Source: Felis catus
Taxonomy: Eukaryota
DNA: 64,000 nt
Assembly: GCF_018350175.1 (NCBI RefSeq)
Contig: NC_058368.1
Coordinates: forward strand, 191,458,001 to 191,522,000
Direction: 5' to 3'
Under the pieces are notes generated by a model. It was given only the letters and a program-made list of their open reading frames with translations. It was not told the DNA's origin and ran no database searches. Made by a program: the position numbers and the translations under genes. Positions 1 to 12,071 of this stretch are shown one piece after another; position 1 is the first letter of the stretch, and each line of letters opens with the position of its first letter.

Positions 1-1399
1 TTATAAGTCATCTGGCTGCTGGCTTCAGGTGGCGCCCGCCACCTGTGAGTCAAGTCAGAGGACACCCGTTGTCCACTCCAAAATGCATTCAGACCTCTCG
101 ACGGTTCTTTCAAAACGTCCCTGGTTCAGCAAAGATAGAGCTCCCTGCTTCCCTGATAACATTTTTTAAAATGGTACCAAAGGACACCTCCCTTCTGGGT
201 CTTCTCTCTCCACTGTCGTGAAAGGCAGTATTAGAGTCCCAAACAAATGTCTCCAGGCTTCTGAACAAACTGCTGACAGTAAGAAGGTAGCATCACAGGA
301 GGCACACCTGGGGATCTGTGGGGCGTAAATCTTGCCCCTGCCACTTACTAGGTTTATAGACAAGTTATTTTCCTCTCTGCTGTATTTCCACCGACCCTCA
401 GAAGAGAGATCATATGTGTCTCTATCTTACAGAATTGCTGGAAGAATTCACTGAAATAAGGCAGGGAGTGGGGCGTGAACAACTAGGGCTGTGTTCCCGT
501 GTGGGTGAATAAGGTGAAAGTATGCATAGGTCAAAATACCATTTGCACCCTAGAAGTCACACACAGTTGTCAGCAAGATGCTCAAACTATGCAGGTGCCA
601 CGGGACATGTGCCAAGTCACTTAAGACAGGTCTCTCTGGACCATGGCTCACTGAGAGGAATCACTAGCAGCATTACCCAAGTTGCTTACGTTTTTATTTC
701 TTGGTGTCTCCTTCTCCTGGGAAGAGATGGGGAGGAGAACAAGTAAATACAGCTAAAAGCACATAACCATGGGACTCTTGTGTCACATGCACAGCTTTCG
801 TGGCTGGTACAAAGCAAACACTCCACGGGCTGGCCATCATTATTAATTATTGTTTCCGATTATTTAACTACTTAACATAAGGCTGGGGGAGGGGTTGCCA
901 CAGAAGAACTCATGGGGTCTGTGGGAGCCAACCAGCAAGTCTTCTACTAGCAGGGAAAATGATCAGGAGAGACGACAAAACTATGGATTCCATTAGAGAA
1001 CTTAAATAGGATACCCCCACCTGCTGGTAAAATCCTCTAGCTCTCAGATCCCACAGAATCGAAGAATAAGCCAGAAAGACCACACACAGAGAGGCAGGGC
1101 TAGGAGTTCTCCATGGCCCACAGGTCCCAGAGGAATGGGAAACAGAGCCCTGAATGACCCTCCCCCCTCTCCAAGGGGTCAGAAGTTAAATAAGACGAAG
1201 ATGTTATATAGGAATAATATATATAAACATCACTTCTTGAAGGAGGACTTTTTTGACTCAACTAAGCTATTTCCTCCCGATATATGTTCCTGTACCAGCA
1301 GGCACTTGTTCCGATTACTTGTTTATTTTAAGTCTTTCCCACTACCCTGTAAGTTCAACGAGAGCAAGGACCAGGTTTGGCACATTAAAGGTACATGAC

Positions 1400-1618
1400 A
1401 GGGCGCCTGGGTGGCTCAGTCAGTTAAGTGTCTGACTCTTGATTTTGGCTCAAGTCAGGATCTCATGGTTCATGGTTTCAAGCCCCACAATGGGCTGTGC
1501 GCTGACAGTGCAGAGCCTGCTTGGGATTCTCTCTCTCCCTCTCTCTCCGCCCCTTCCCTGTGCTCGCTTGCTCTCTCTTTCTCTCCCTCTCTCAAAATAA
1601 ATAAGATTAAAAAAAAAT
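1400..1618 (+). mobile_element. CanSINE (SINEC)
   Basis: gggcgcctgggtggctcagtc head, (CT)n tract, AATAAA/poly-A tail; degenerate TSD aaaggtacatgaca/agaggtgcgtgaca. Confidence 0.95.
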
Positions 1619-2317
1619 AGAGGTGCGTGACAAACATTTGTTGGATAAATGATAAATGATCGTTCTGTGTATGCATATACTGAAAAGTGTATGTATATCT
1701 TAGCTATATGAATGTGCAGATTCTCTGCTCTTTTCCTCAACTTAAGTTTTCAAATTAAACCATTTCTAGACTCAGAACTCATTTTATTTGCCAAAGAATA
1801 ACCTATAACTTGGAGTTTATAAAAACCTTGAATTCTACTTTAGGGTTTTAGCTGCTTTGTCTGTGACAGTCATCAAATTGTTTTTGTTTCAGACTTGCCA
1901 CATCAAAAGCTATATTCCCTGGATTTTATTTTACTCTTTAAAAATAACTAAAGCAGAAATCTTGAAAATCTTAAGTGAATCGCTTGAGAGCCTCGAAGTG
2001 GGCTCTCAAATACAGGGCATTCCAAAATATCAAAATGGGTATTCCCAAACACAGGGAAAATGATTCCTGTGAAGCATGCATTTCATCAAGAATACTTTGC
2101 AAGACATCTAGGGAAGTGAGATATCAACAGCTTGCAAAAGGAAACTAATCTTTCAAAGACAGACCTCAAATTCAGTGTCTCAGTTGTTTGCAAATCCTCT
2201 GATTATTTTCACCTTTCTTGTTTCAGCACTAATCTTGTACTTCTGCTGGGGTTGTCTAGTGACTAATTATTATCACTACAAGAGGGTGCTTAGGAAAGTA
2301 ACTATGTTAGTGAAGTT

Positions 2318-2489
2318 GGAGCACCTGTTAAGTGGTCAGTCGGTTAAGTGTCCAACTCTTGACTTCTGCTCAGGTCACAATCTCCCAGTTCGTGGGATTA
2401 AGCCCATGCGTAGGCAGGGGGCTGTCAGCACAGAGCCTGGTTGGGATTATCTCTCCCGCTCTCTCTGCCCCTCCCCCTGCTCATTTGCG

Positions 2490-2525
<36 letters not shown>

Positions 2526-2562
2526 ATAAATAAACATCTGCTCTTTAAAAAAAAAAAAAAAA
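2318..2562 (+). mobile_element. CanSINE (SINEC)
   Basis: tRNA-like head, (CT)n tract, poly-A tail. Confidence 0.92.
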
Positions 2563-3309
2563 AGACTTCAGTGAACCTGAATTGAGGTTTGACTCAGTTT
2601 CTCAACTGAAAATCATGATGAAACCAAGATGCAACTTTTCTAAAATGATCAAATGTACCAACACTATAAAAATGTTTACATGTCAGGATTGTCAGTTAAA
2701 AGCAGGAAATAACCAGTTGAGTCTCCAGGCTAACCTTCTCAAATAACTTCTATGAGAAGCACTTAGAAGCAAATTGGTCCAAAATTTATACTGGGTGACA
2801 AGTTTCCTAAGAAAACAACACATCTTTGTTTCCTTACCGACTGGCCCAGTCTCCATCACATACCTCTACGCACATAATGCTACACAGTACGTAATACTAA
2901 GTTCAGCACTTCAAGGAAATTGTTCTGTCCCTCCCCCGCCTCATCTTCCTCTCCGAAGGGCATTAAATGTATGGAGAGAAGGGCTGTACCTGGAGCGATC
3001 TCTCAATGGCCAGAGACAAGAGGACTTCGCAATTTTCAGAGAAACTTCTGGATTCTCAGAGCCCTGTGATGAATGGATGGCCTGACCAGCTCCCACACGT
3101 GAGATGTGGATATCACCTGGATTTTTCGGACAGGGCCAAATGTGTACACCCATGTTTCCAACTTTTGGGCTCAGTGGGAGGGGCGTGCTCATTTCTCAGA
3201 CCATAACCATTACAGCCTCGGCAGCCACACAGGGTCGGTCCCATGGCTCTCTCTGGGTTCCCTAACCACTGGGCTCAGGCCTGCCTCCTACCACCAGTTT
3301 TAAGATACA

Positions 3310-3690
3310 CCCACACAATAGAATACTACTCAGCAATAAAAGGTATATACTATTGATCCACCAGCAGGGATGAATCTCAAAAGCACAGGCTAAGTGGGGG
3401 GAAAAAAAAACATTAAATACTAGGTCATTTCATGTCCATGAAATTCTAGAAAAGGCAAAACTCTAATAGTAGAAAAGCAGATCAGTGATTCCAAAGGCCA
3501 AGGATTAAGGGGAGAGGACTGACTTCAAAGGGGCCCAAGGAGACCTTGTGAGGAAATGGAAATATTTATATCCTGACTGTGGAAATTGTGGACCATATAT
3601 ACTTTTCAAAACTCAGACTTGTACACATAAAGTTGTTGACCATTAATGAATGTAAACTATTCCTCATTAAGGCCTGATCTGAAAATAATA
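3310..3690 (+). mobile_element. Old L1 (L1ME-like) 3' end fragment
   Basis: acaatagaatactactcagcaataaaa...atgaatctcaaaa...ctagaaaaggcaaaact motifs typical of L1M 3' ends. Confidence 0.8.
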
Positions 3691-3763
3691 AAAATTATAA
3701 CCACAGAAAGTAAGCGAATCACTCTCCATTTAACTAATACTTGGAATTAAAGCCCTCCATTTC

Positions 3764-3972
3764 GGGGCACCTGGGTGGTTCAGTAGTCGGTTAAGCGTCC
3801 GACCTCGGCCCAGGTCATGATCTCGCGGTTGATGAGTTCGAGCCCCACGTCGGGCTCTGTGCTGACAGCTCAGAGCCTGGAGCCTGCTTCTGTTTCTGTG
3901 TCTCCCTCTCTCTCTGCCTTTGCCCCACTCGGGCTCTGTAGCTCTCAAAATAAAATAAACATTAAAAAAAAA
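3764..3972 (+). mobile_element. CanSINE (SINEC_Fc-type) with TSD
   Basis: Full SINE; TSD aaagccctccatttc (3749-3763) / aaagtcctccatttc (3973-3987). Confidence 0.97.
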
Positions 3973-4039
3973 AAAGTCCTCCATTTCCATAAGAGAAAAA
4001 ATGTATTGCCTGATAGTCAGACCATGTTGAATTCTCCAA

Positions 4040-4192
4040 GCTACAGGGTTATTCCCAAATGGAACACTTGTCAACCTTGCATATGCAGAGGTATCACCTA
4101 GGTAATTAAGGCTGGGGCCTGAGATTCTGCATTTCTAAAAAGCTCCAAGGGGACATTGATGTTGCTGGTCCACGGGCAGACACTGAACAAGG
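4040..4192. mobile_element. MER5A-like hAT-Charlie relic
   Basis: ggggcctgagattctgcatttctaaaaagctcc...gatgttgctggtccacggg core. Confidence 0.7.
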
Positions 4193-5569
4193 CTATAAAA
4201 GACCCATAGATTCTCCTGCTAACAGAAACGTTGACTGCTTTACCAGTCATCGTGTTCGTTCCCTACACAGCGAATGCCGATTTTGCTAGCATATCTTAAA
4301 TTTTGCTTGCTATCTTAATTAGATAATACAATTAAATATTACATAAAACAATGTATTTTGAGAGTGAAAAGAGCTGAAATGCCAAAAGCTGGGTGCTTTG
4401 TAAAGGGTGAGTTTATAAAACCAGTACTCTCGACGTTGTGTGGACAACGATAAAAGATTATATAAATGTAGAAGTATAACTGACATTAAATACAGTACAG
4501 ATATTTAAATAGTACCATTAGAGGAGTTTTGCAAGTGCAGATATGCTTGAAACCTTCATCACAGGCATAACGAACCTACCTGTCCTACGCCAGTGTTTCC
4601 TTGTGTCTCTCTGTAATCTCGCCCTCCTGCCTCTACCTCCCAGGTCCCATCTCTTCTACTCCCTAGCAAAAGCCAGTGGGTTGCTTTCAGTTAGGATAGA
4701 TTGCATTTTCTAGATTTCTTTTTTAAAGGTAATCATAAAATATATGTTCTTTTTGGGGTGCTGTCTTCTTTCGGCATAATTATGTTGAGATTCATCTGTG
4801 TTTTCCTGTGTAAGATTTCATTCCTTCTATTGCTGATTGATATTCCCATGGATATGCCACATTTTATCTACTTACCTGCTGATAGACATTGACTTGTTTC
4901 CAATTTCTGTACATAACAAAGACACTGCCATTAATGTTTCTGTACAACCATTTCCATTAACATATATTTTGATTCCCTCTGACTAAACGCTCTGGAGTTG
5001 AACGACTGAGTCACATAGTAGATACATGTTTAACTTCTTTCAAAACTGCCAAGCTGTTTTCCAAAGTGGTTGCACCATTTTATATTTTACTGACAGTGTA
5101 TGAAAGTTGTGTTGCTATATGTCCTTGACAAACATTGGCACATTCTTTTTAAAATTTCTGCCACTCTAATATGTGTGTAGAGGTATCTCATGGCTTTAAT
5201 TTGTATTTCTCTAAGGACCAATCTAATAATCTTTTCATATCCTTCTTGCTTCTTTTATGCGTTTTTTTTTTTTTTTTTTGGTGAAATGTCTGTTTAAATT
5301 TTGCACCCATTTTTTTACCTGAGTGTTTTACCAAGATTTAAGAGATTTTTATATATTCTGGATACAGGTCCTTTAGTACAGATGCAATTTACAAATGTTT
5401 TCTTCCACTAAAGCTTGTCTTTATGCTTTCTTAATTAACGGTGTCTTTCAAACAGAAGTTCTTAATTACGATAAAGTCTAATGTACCTCTTTCTTCCTTT
5501 TTTGGGTTTTCTTCCTTTTGTGTCTTTATATTTAAAGTGGTTTTCCTGCAGGCAGTATGCAATTGGGTC

Positions 5570-5774
5570 TTTTTTTTTTTTTTTTCCTAGAGAGACTGAG
5601 AGCATGAGCAGGGGAATGAGGTCTCAGAGAGAGAGAGACAGAGACAGAGACAGAGGCAGAGAATCTTAAGAGGGCTCCACACTGATGCAGAGCTCAATCC
5701 CAGGACCCTGGGATCATGACCTAAGCCAAAATCAAGAGTCAGAAGCTCAACCAACTGAGCCACCCAGGCATCCC
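5570..5774 (-). mobile_element. CanSINE (older SINEC subfamily)
   Basis: poly-T, (GA)n, ...ctgagccacccaggcatccc. Confidence 0.93.
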
Positions 5775-6389
5775 TGGATCTTACTTTATAAACCGAAACT
5801 TACAATATCTTTGGAGTTTTTAGACACTTTACATTTAATATGATTATTTATATGGTTGAGTCTAAGTATACCTTCTTAATATTTGTGTCATCCTTTCTCT
5901 GTTATTCTTTCCCTTTTTCTCTGTTTTTTTTTTTTTTTTTGTGGGGAGGGATAATGTTTGTGATGATTCTATATGATCTTGTGTTGTCTTCGTAACTGTA
6001 ACCTGAGATATTTTAGTTGTTTCTTTAAGATGTATAGTGTCTATATACATTTGTGGGTGTTGTTTTGATTTCTTATTTAGTTTATTTTCTGTTTCATTTT
6101 AGACAGTTTTTATTTTTATTGCTATATTTTTAAGTTCATTAATTTTTTTTTCTGCCATGTTTAAACTATTGCTAATCTCATCTATTATATTTTGCATCTC
6201 CAACATTTTAATTTCCTTGTCTCCAAGTTTTGGCTATGTTATATATATAACATAATATAATGTTATTATTATGTATTATATTATAATACATTAATTATAT
6301 AATATATAACATAATGTATATAATATACAATATATATTAATATATGATATATTATAGATATTATAGACTTACAAAATCTTGTCCATATC

Positions 6390-6544
6390 ATTCTGATAGA
6401 GAGAGAGAGCACAAATGGGGGAGAGAGGCAGAAGGAGAGACAGAGACAGTTTGGATCGAAGGCTGGATCCCATGACTCTGGGATCATGACTTGAGCAGAA
6501 ATCAAGAGTCAGATGTTCAACCCACTGAGCCACACAGGCACCCT
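6390..6544 (-). mobile_element. CanSINE (older SINEC subfamily)
   Basis: (GA)n ...gatcatgacttgagcagaaatcaagagtcag...ctgagccacacaggcacccc. Confidence 0.9.
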
Positions 6545-7347
6545 TAATCTTTTCCATATTTTGATATGATCAATATTTTCTCTTGCTTCTTGAATATATG
6601 GAGTACAGTTAAAATTGTTTTAATGTACTAATCTACTGAAGATCCCTGGAGATTTTCCCTCTCTGTGCAGCTTTCTTCTGTCCTGTACTCTACCCTGCAA
6701 ATTTGAACTGCCTTGGCCTCACTGGGCTCCGGGCTCTATCTCCCCACACTTACTCTGCCTAGTTTTTCCCTCCATGAACTTCAGCCTGGAAATTCACTCC
6801 AGGTAGTAGCCTGGGGCACACGTGGGGCTGGCTTACTTGTTTCCTGTTCCTCAGGGATAACCATCACTCACGGCGCAAGGTCCAACATCTTAAAAACCCT
6901 TGTTTCATACATTTTGTATGTTCCCTTAGTTGTTTCAAATGGGAGAGTAAATCTCATTCTTGTTATTCCATCTTGGCTGGTATTGGAAGTCTTTGTAAAT
7001 GTCTTAATTTTTTTGCTACACTTTAAGACACCAAAGATGAACATGGCAGATGATTCATTATGGATACAATATATGCAAGAAAAAGAAAAAAAAAAACACT
7101 GTGCCCGATAAACAGACATATCCTCAAAGAAAAGGCCTTGACTGTGTATCTAAAGAATGGTAAGTATATGTACATATATATGTGTCAAATTAAATTAAAA
7201 TATTTAATGTACCAATACAGCATGTTTGATTATTCCATCAACTATTGTGGATTATGTCAGGTGAAAGATTTTAAACTAACATATATCAAGATTTTTTGCA
7301 AAGATTATATTTAATTCAAATACAAAAGTCTAGCACAGTGACTAGAT

Positions 7348-7530
7348 CAGTGGTTCACAGCTGTGGTTGCATATTAGCATTCCCTAGAGAACCTTAAAAA
7401 GATGTTTCAGTGCCTGAGCCCTACCTCAAACCACTTGAATTATAGTCCCTGATGACCATCCCTGACATTGGGGCTTTTTAGAAAGGTCCCCAGGTGATTT
7501 GGACATACTTTCAGAGTTGAGATTTACAGA
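7348..7530. mobile_element. MER5-family hAT relic
   Basis: cagtggtt...ggttgcatattagcattccc...ccccaggtgatt...agttgaga pattern. Confidence 0.6.
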
Positions 7531-7917
7531 CTCAGATCTTAGTAGGTGCTCAGTGAATGAGAGTTATTAATATTTGTATCATGGACATGGAAAGTAGATT
7601 GTCATATAGAGAAATTGTTTGTTATTGGGCAAGAGTGCTGGTGGGCTCTAATCCACTATCTGCAATCAAGAAGTAGTGTGGCATTGGTCAAGTCACTTGA
7701 CTTTCTTGAGTCAGAGTGTGTAAAGTAGCAAAACAATAATAATAATTTTTCTGCTTACAAATCAAGATTGTTAGGAGAAATAAGAAAGAATCTCAGAGCA
7801 GAGACTTCTAATTATGCCTCTTCTCTGATAGATAATGAAACTGAGGTCAGAGAGGCAATGGATTTTTCCAAGGCAATTCATGGCTGTTTGAAAACAGAAC
7901 CAAAACCACAACCCAGG

Positions 7918-8348
7918 TGCTATGGGTGGAACTATGTCCCCCAAAAGAAGATGTATGGAAGTCCTAACCCTCACTACTTGAAAATGTGACCTTCTTTGGA
8001 CAAAATGCTGCAATTAGTTAAGATGAAGTTTATAGAGTAAAATTAGCCCTTGACCCAATACGGCTAGTGTCCTTAAAAGAAGAGGGCCGTTTGAGGTCAA
8101 GGGCACAAAGAGAATGCCATTTGGCAATAAAGGATTGGAGTGGTACATCTATAAGCCAAGACCGCTGGCAAACCACCAGAAGCTAGGAAGAGGCAAGAAA
8201 GGATTCTCCCCTAGAGCCTTAAGAGAGAGTATAGCCCTGCCAATACTGTGATTTTGAACTTCTAGCCTCCAAAACTGTGAGGCAAGAAATTATTGTCTTT
8301 AAACCACCAAATTTGTGGTATTTTGTTATGGCATCCCTAGGAAATACA
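7918..8348 (+). mobile_element. MLT1C-like MaLR solo LTR inserted in a MIR
   Basis: TG...CA ends, ccaccagaagctaggaagaggcaag and ttctagcctccaaaactgtgag motifs; perfect 5-bp TSD ccagg (7913-7917, 8349-8353). Confidence 0.92.
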
Positions 8349-8934
8349 CCAGGTTGCTGTCTAAGAGTCTTTCCATTATACATTTGTCTTCTCTAATACT
8401 CTGTGTGCTTTGTAAATTGTAAAACTTCGAAATTTTATGTTATTATTTATATTGTTCTTCAATTTGCTTCAAGAGTACAAATTTTGTTTCCTGTAATTGG
8501 TTGCAAGCTTCTTAAGGGTAAGAAGCCCACAACACCCAGCATAGCCCTTGAATGAATTAGTTGAAAACATAGTATGTATTCAGATACTATAGATTGAAAT
8601 AGGATATAAATAAAGCTCATAAAAAATGTCAAAGTCACCAAAGACCTTCTGGAAGTTGAGAAACTGATTGTTAATGAGACTGAGTCTCCATATGGCATAT
8701 TATTTAAGCTCAACATATGGCTATACACTTCAGGAGATTAAATTTCAATGTAATATATAAATATATTATAACATAAGAAACACATTGCGATACATCAGCT
8801 GAAAATATCTCAACTGCTGCTCTACCACTATATAAATGTACAAGTTTTTCTTCCATTAATGTTGAACTCTAGTGTGGATTCAACACCACTCATGTATCAT
8901 CTTCTCCATCAAAGCAAATTTTGGGAAAGATAGC

Positions 8935-9386
8935 CAACTTAGCTTGGGTTTCCCCAGAAATCAACCTTGAGGCAAGATTTCAAAGGCAAGTAGTTTACCT
9001 GGGAAGTGAACCACTGGTAGGGGAGGAAAGGAGCACTATAGGGAAGGGGAAGGCAGCTAATAACGGGGATATTAGCCAGCAAATACACTATCAACATGGG
9101 CTTAATGGTCCTGGGAAACTCTGGAGCCCAGTGTAGCAGTCTCAGAGCTATCTCGTTTTAGGGTCAGAGACCTAGGGTATGTATATGTATACAACCGCTC
9201 CCACCAGTCATTAACTGAGAGTTGCTAAAGGAGCATGGGTGTTAATTCACCGAAACTTCTTGCTTCCAGTATGGATAGGATAGTCCCAGAAGAAGCAAGG
9301 CAGACCCTCAAGCCAAGACGTAGATTTTAGCAGTTAAAGCAGTCCAGAGGGTTTTACAACAGTAAGCCCGAGGAGGTGGTGCATAG
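8935..9386 (-). mobile_element. LTR33-like ERVL LTR
   Basis: gggtttccccagaa...gcaagtagtttacctgggaagtga...agggaagggaaggcagc...gaaactctgg motifs. Confidence 0.65.
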
Positions 9387-9401
9387 AAAAGAAAGTGGTG
9401 G

Positions 9402-9634
9402 ATCTTGAGAAACTTAATAGAAGACCATGGGGGAGGGAAAGGGGGGAAAAAAAGGTTACAGAGAGGGAGGGAGGCAAACCATAAGAGACTCTTAAGGACC
9501 GAGAACAAACTAAGGGTAGATGGGGGGTGGGGGAGAGGGGAAAGTGGATGATGGGGAGAGAGGAGGGCACTTGTTGGGATGAGCACTGGGTGTTATATGG
9601 AAGCCAATTTGACAAAAAAAATTATATTTAAAAA
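9402..9634 (+). mobile_element. 5'-truncated felid L1 3' end with TSD
   Basis: L1 3'UTR (gggatgagcactgggtgtt...ccaatttgac); perfect TSD aaaagaaagtggtgg (9387-9401, 9635-9649). Confidence 0.95.
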
Positions 9635-9929
9635 AAAAGAAAGTGGTGGGCATAACAGCACAGAAGTTGAGAGCAAGATCTTTAAGAATCAGGAAGGGTT
9701 CAAGCCCTAATGCCAACCCTGAACAATAGTTTACACTGGTCTAGTAACTAAACTTTTCTAAAGCTTTTCTCTCTACAGGGACAATGACAACAGCAGTACT
9801 GACCCTCAGGGTACTTACAAGCATTTTAAGACTCACTGTAAGTAAAGCTTTATTACAGTGCCTGGCACAATCAATGCCAGCCACTATTATAATAATTTCT
9901 ATTAATACTATACCTAAAATGTGAATTTT

Positions 9930-10124
9930 TTAAGTTTATTTATTTATTTTGAGGGGGGTGGGTGTTGAGGGGCAGAGAGACGGAGAGAGAGAACCCCAAG
10001 CAGGCTCCATGCTGTCAGTGCAGAGCCTGATATGGGACTAGATCTCACTCCCATGACAGTGAGATCATGATGTGAGCCGAAACCAAGAGTCAGATGCTCA
10101 ACTGACTGAGCCACCCAGGCGCCC
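9930..10124 (-). mobile_element. CanSINE
   Basis: tttatttattt tail and ctgagccacccaggcgccc head on the minus strand. Confidence 0.95.
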
Positions 10125-10562
10125 ACCAAGTTGTGAATTTTTTTATGACGCATGCTATTCACATTAGGAGGTAACGGGGTATCAATATGGGAAGGTCTCA
10201 CTAGAGCATCTTTATTCTGGGTTTCAATTCAAATGTTACCGAAAGTGCTACACAAAAGTTTTCACCATATAGAAATAATGTACTGTTTTGTTCTTAATAG
10301 CGAAAACACGCTTTCCAAAAATTTGAATCTGTAAAATCTACCTATAATCAAATCAATTCAAATAAAATATAAGGAGCTATACTCCAAGGCAAACTATCTA
10401 TAGAGATTAAAACTTTTTTTTTTTTTTTAATCCAAGGAAAAGAATCACTTCTTAGGGGAAAACTATGTAAATCTTGACTGTCTCTGCCATAGAAGCACAC
10501 CAATGGGTAACAAAAATGAAGTAAAACAATAACATAAAATCTGGATAAAATGATAATTCTGA

Positions 10563-10770
10563 GGCGTGGCTCTCAATCTAGGATGATTCTTTTGTTCCCA
10601 CCTCCCCAGAGGACATTTGGCAGTGTCTGGTGACAGTTTACTGTCAGAATTGGGGAGGGGTTGTATTATACTACTGGCACCTAGTGACGAAAGGCCAGAG
10701 ATGTCGCCAAACACCCCACAATACAAACAGCCCCCCACAACGAAGGCTGTGCCCACTTTGAGGAATCCTG
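10563..10770 (+). mobile_element. MER20 hAT-Charlie relic
   Basis: ggacatttggcagtgtctgg...ctactggcacctagtg...ggccagagatg...aaaca core. Confidence 0.85.
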
Positions 10771-11988
10771 ATTTACAGTTTACATAGTAATGCCATAAAT
10801 CACTGGAGTCTCTAAACAATAAACACTTCTGATACGCAAGTGTTTTCTTAAATCATAAAATACTGTATATTTTTTAAATGTTAAAAAAAAAGGCTTCCTA
10901 TGACAAGAAGCACACATCAAGAAGCCTTGAACCCTGAGCAGCAATCCCTACCATAAATTTGTTGTGTTTCAACCTGCCAGATGAAAGCAATTTCAACAAG
11001 CCATCCACAAAGCCAGGTAATTACAATGTTGGTATAGACATGACCTTGGTTAATTCACCCCAACTTATAATAGCTAAAATGATGACAGAGAAGAACGCAG
11101 GGATTTCTAAGGTCAAAGCTATGGCACATGGGGCTAAAATTTTCTTTTACAAATTATTTTAAGCGAAATGACGGTTTATTACAACAACATGCATTGCCTT
11201 TTTGTTTTCATTAGCAAACCCTCTGGGAACTTTAACACAACAAGTACAAGCTAAACCTGATTACTTGGTTTATAGAACACAGAGAACATTATCAAAGAGC
11301 TAATGACAATGCCTATTCACTTAGAACTCTGAGCAACCTGCCGACTTTTAATCAAGTTTTAAAGGTACAAGAACAAAATAAAAATTGAGAATGAGTGTTT
11401 TTACTTCCAACTATTGGAAGGTAAAGAGGCTTGTCAACAATTGTTCAAATAACATCAGAACCAAGATTAGAACATGTAAGCAGAGAAGCAAACGCATTTT
11501 CAGAAAGGCATTTTTTTTTCTAACTGACAAATTCCACCCAACTCCACAAGAAACTGTGATCCAAATCCATTTTTTCTACTAAAATTGCTTTGTTACAGCA
11601 CAGTTGTAGCAAAACTAAAGAGCTGAAAACACATTTTCTTCCCTAAACAAGCTAAATAAGATGAGACCCAAGCATGTAAGCACACTGAGTTTTCAATTTA
11701 CTAAATATATGTTAATGCATGCTAATAATAAACTCTTAAATAACAGCACTAAAACCGTTTTCATTTCCCTGATGTTTCTATTCATTACACTATCACTGGA
11801 ATTATTCCAATCTTAAGGTTTGGACATTTAGCATACCAAAACCCAAGATGAAATCAACAGATGCAAGTCAGAGAAGAATTACTAAAAGCATCTGTCAATT
11901 CCTACAAAATGTAAATAACAGTGAGAAGCAAAGTGTTATTCTGAAATCAAGATTCAGAACCTATGAACTGTAACTCTTCCCCCATTAC

Positions 11989-12071
11989 CTGGGCAACTCT
12001 GACTCGAGTCCATAATACTGCACCAAGTTGTGATTTAGCATCTGTGATGTAAGACCTCAGCACATCAAGGC
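11989..12071 (-). CDS. Candidate internal exon (83 nt) of an unidentified minus-strand gene; only open frame reads (x)LDVLRSYITDAKSQLGAVLWTRVRVAQ; could be a 5'UTR exon
   Basis: Minus strand: acceptor cctcttttcattgttgtttatag|GCCTTG and donor GCCCAG|gtaatg. Only the phase-1 frame is open; the other two contain TGA/TAA. Lies in a ~2 kb repeat-free block (about 10800-12700). Confidence 0.55.

Larger units (their letters stand above)
4480..7010 (-). mobile_element. Mosaic of old L1M fragments, interrupted by two SINEs and an AT-rich tract (about 6235-6365)
   Basis: T-rich sequence with L1 motifs such as aaactgccaagctgttttccaaagtggttgcaccatttt and tatattctggatacaggtccttt. Confidence 0.75.

Noticed and set aside
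12054..12065. Cys-TGA-Gly in an alternative frame of the candidate exon, resembling a selenocysteine motif
   Set aside because: No selenoprotein similarity or visible SECIS element; expected by chance.
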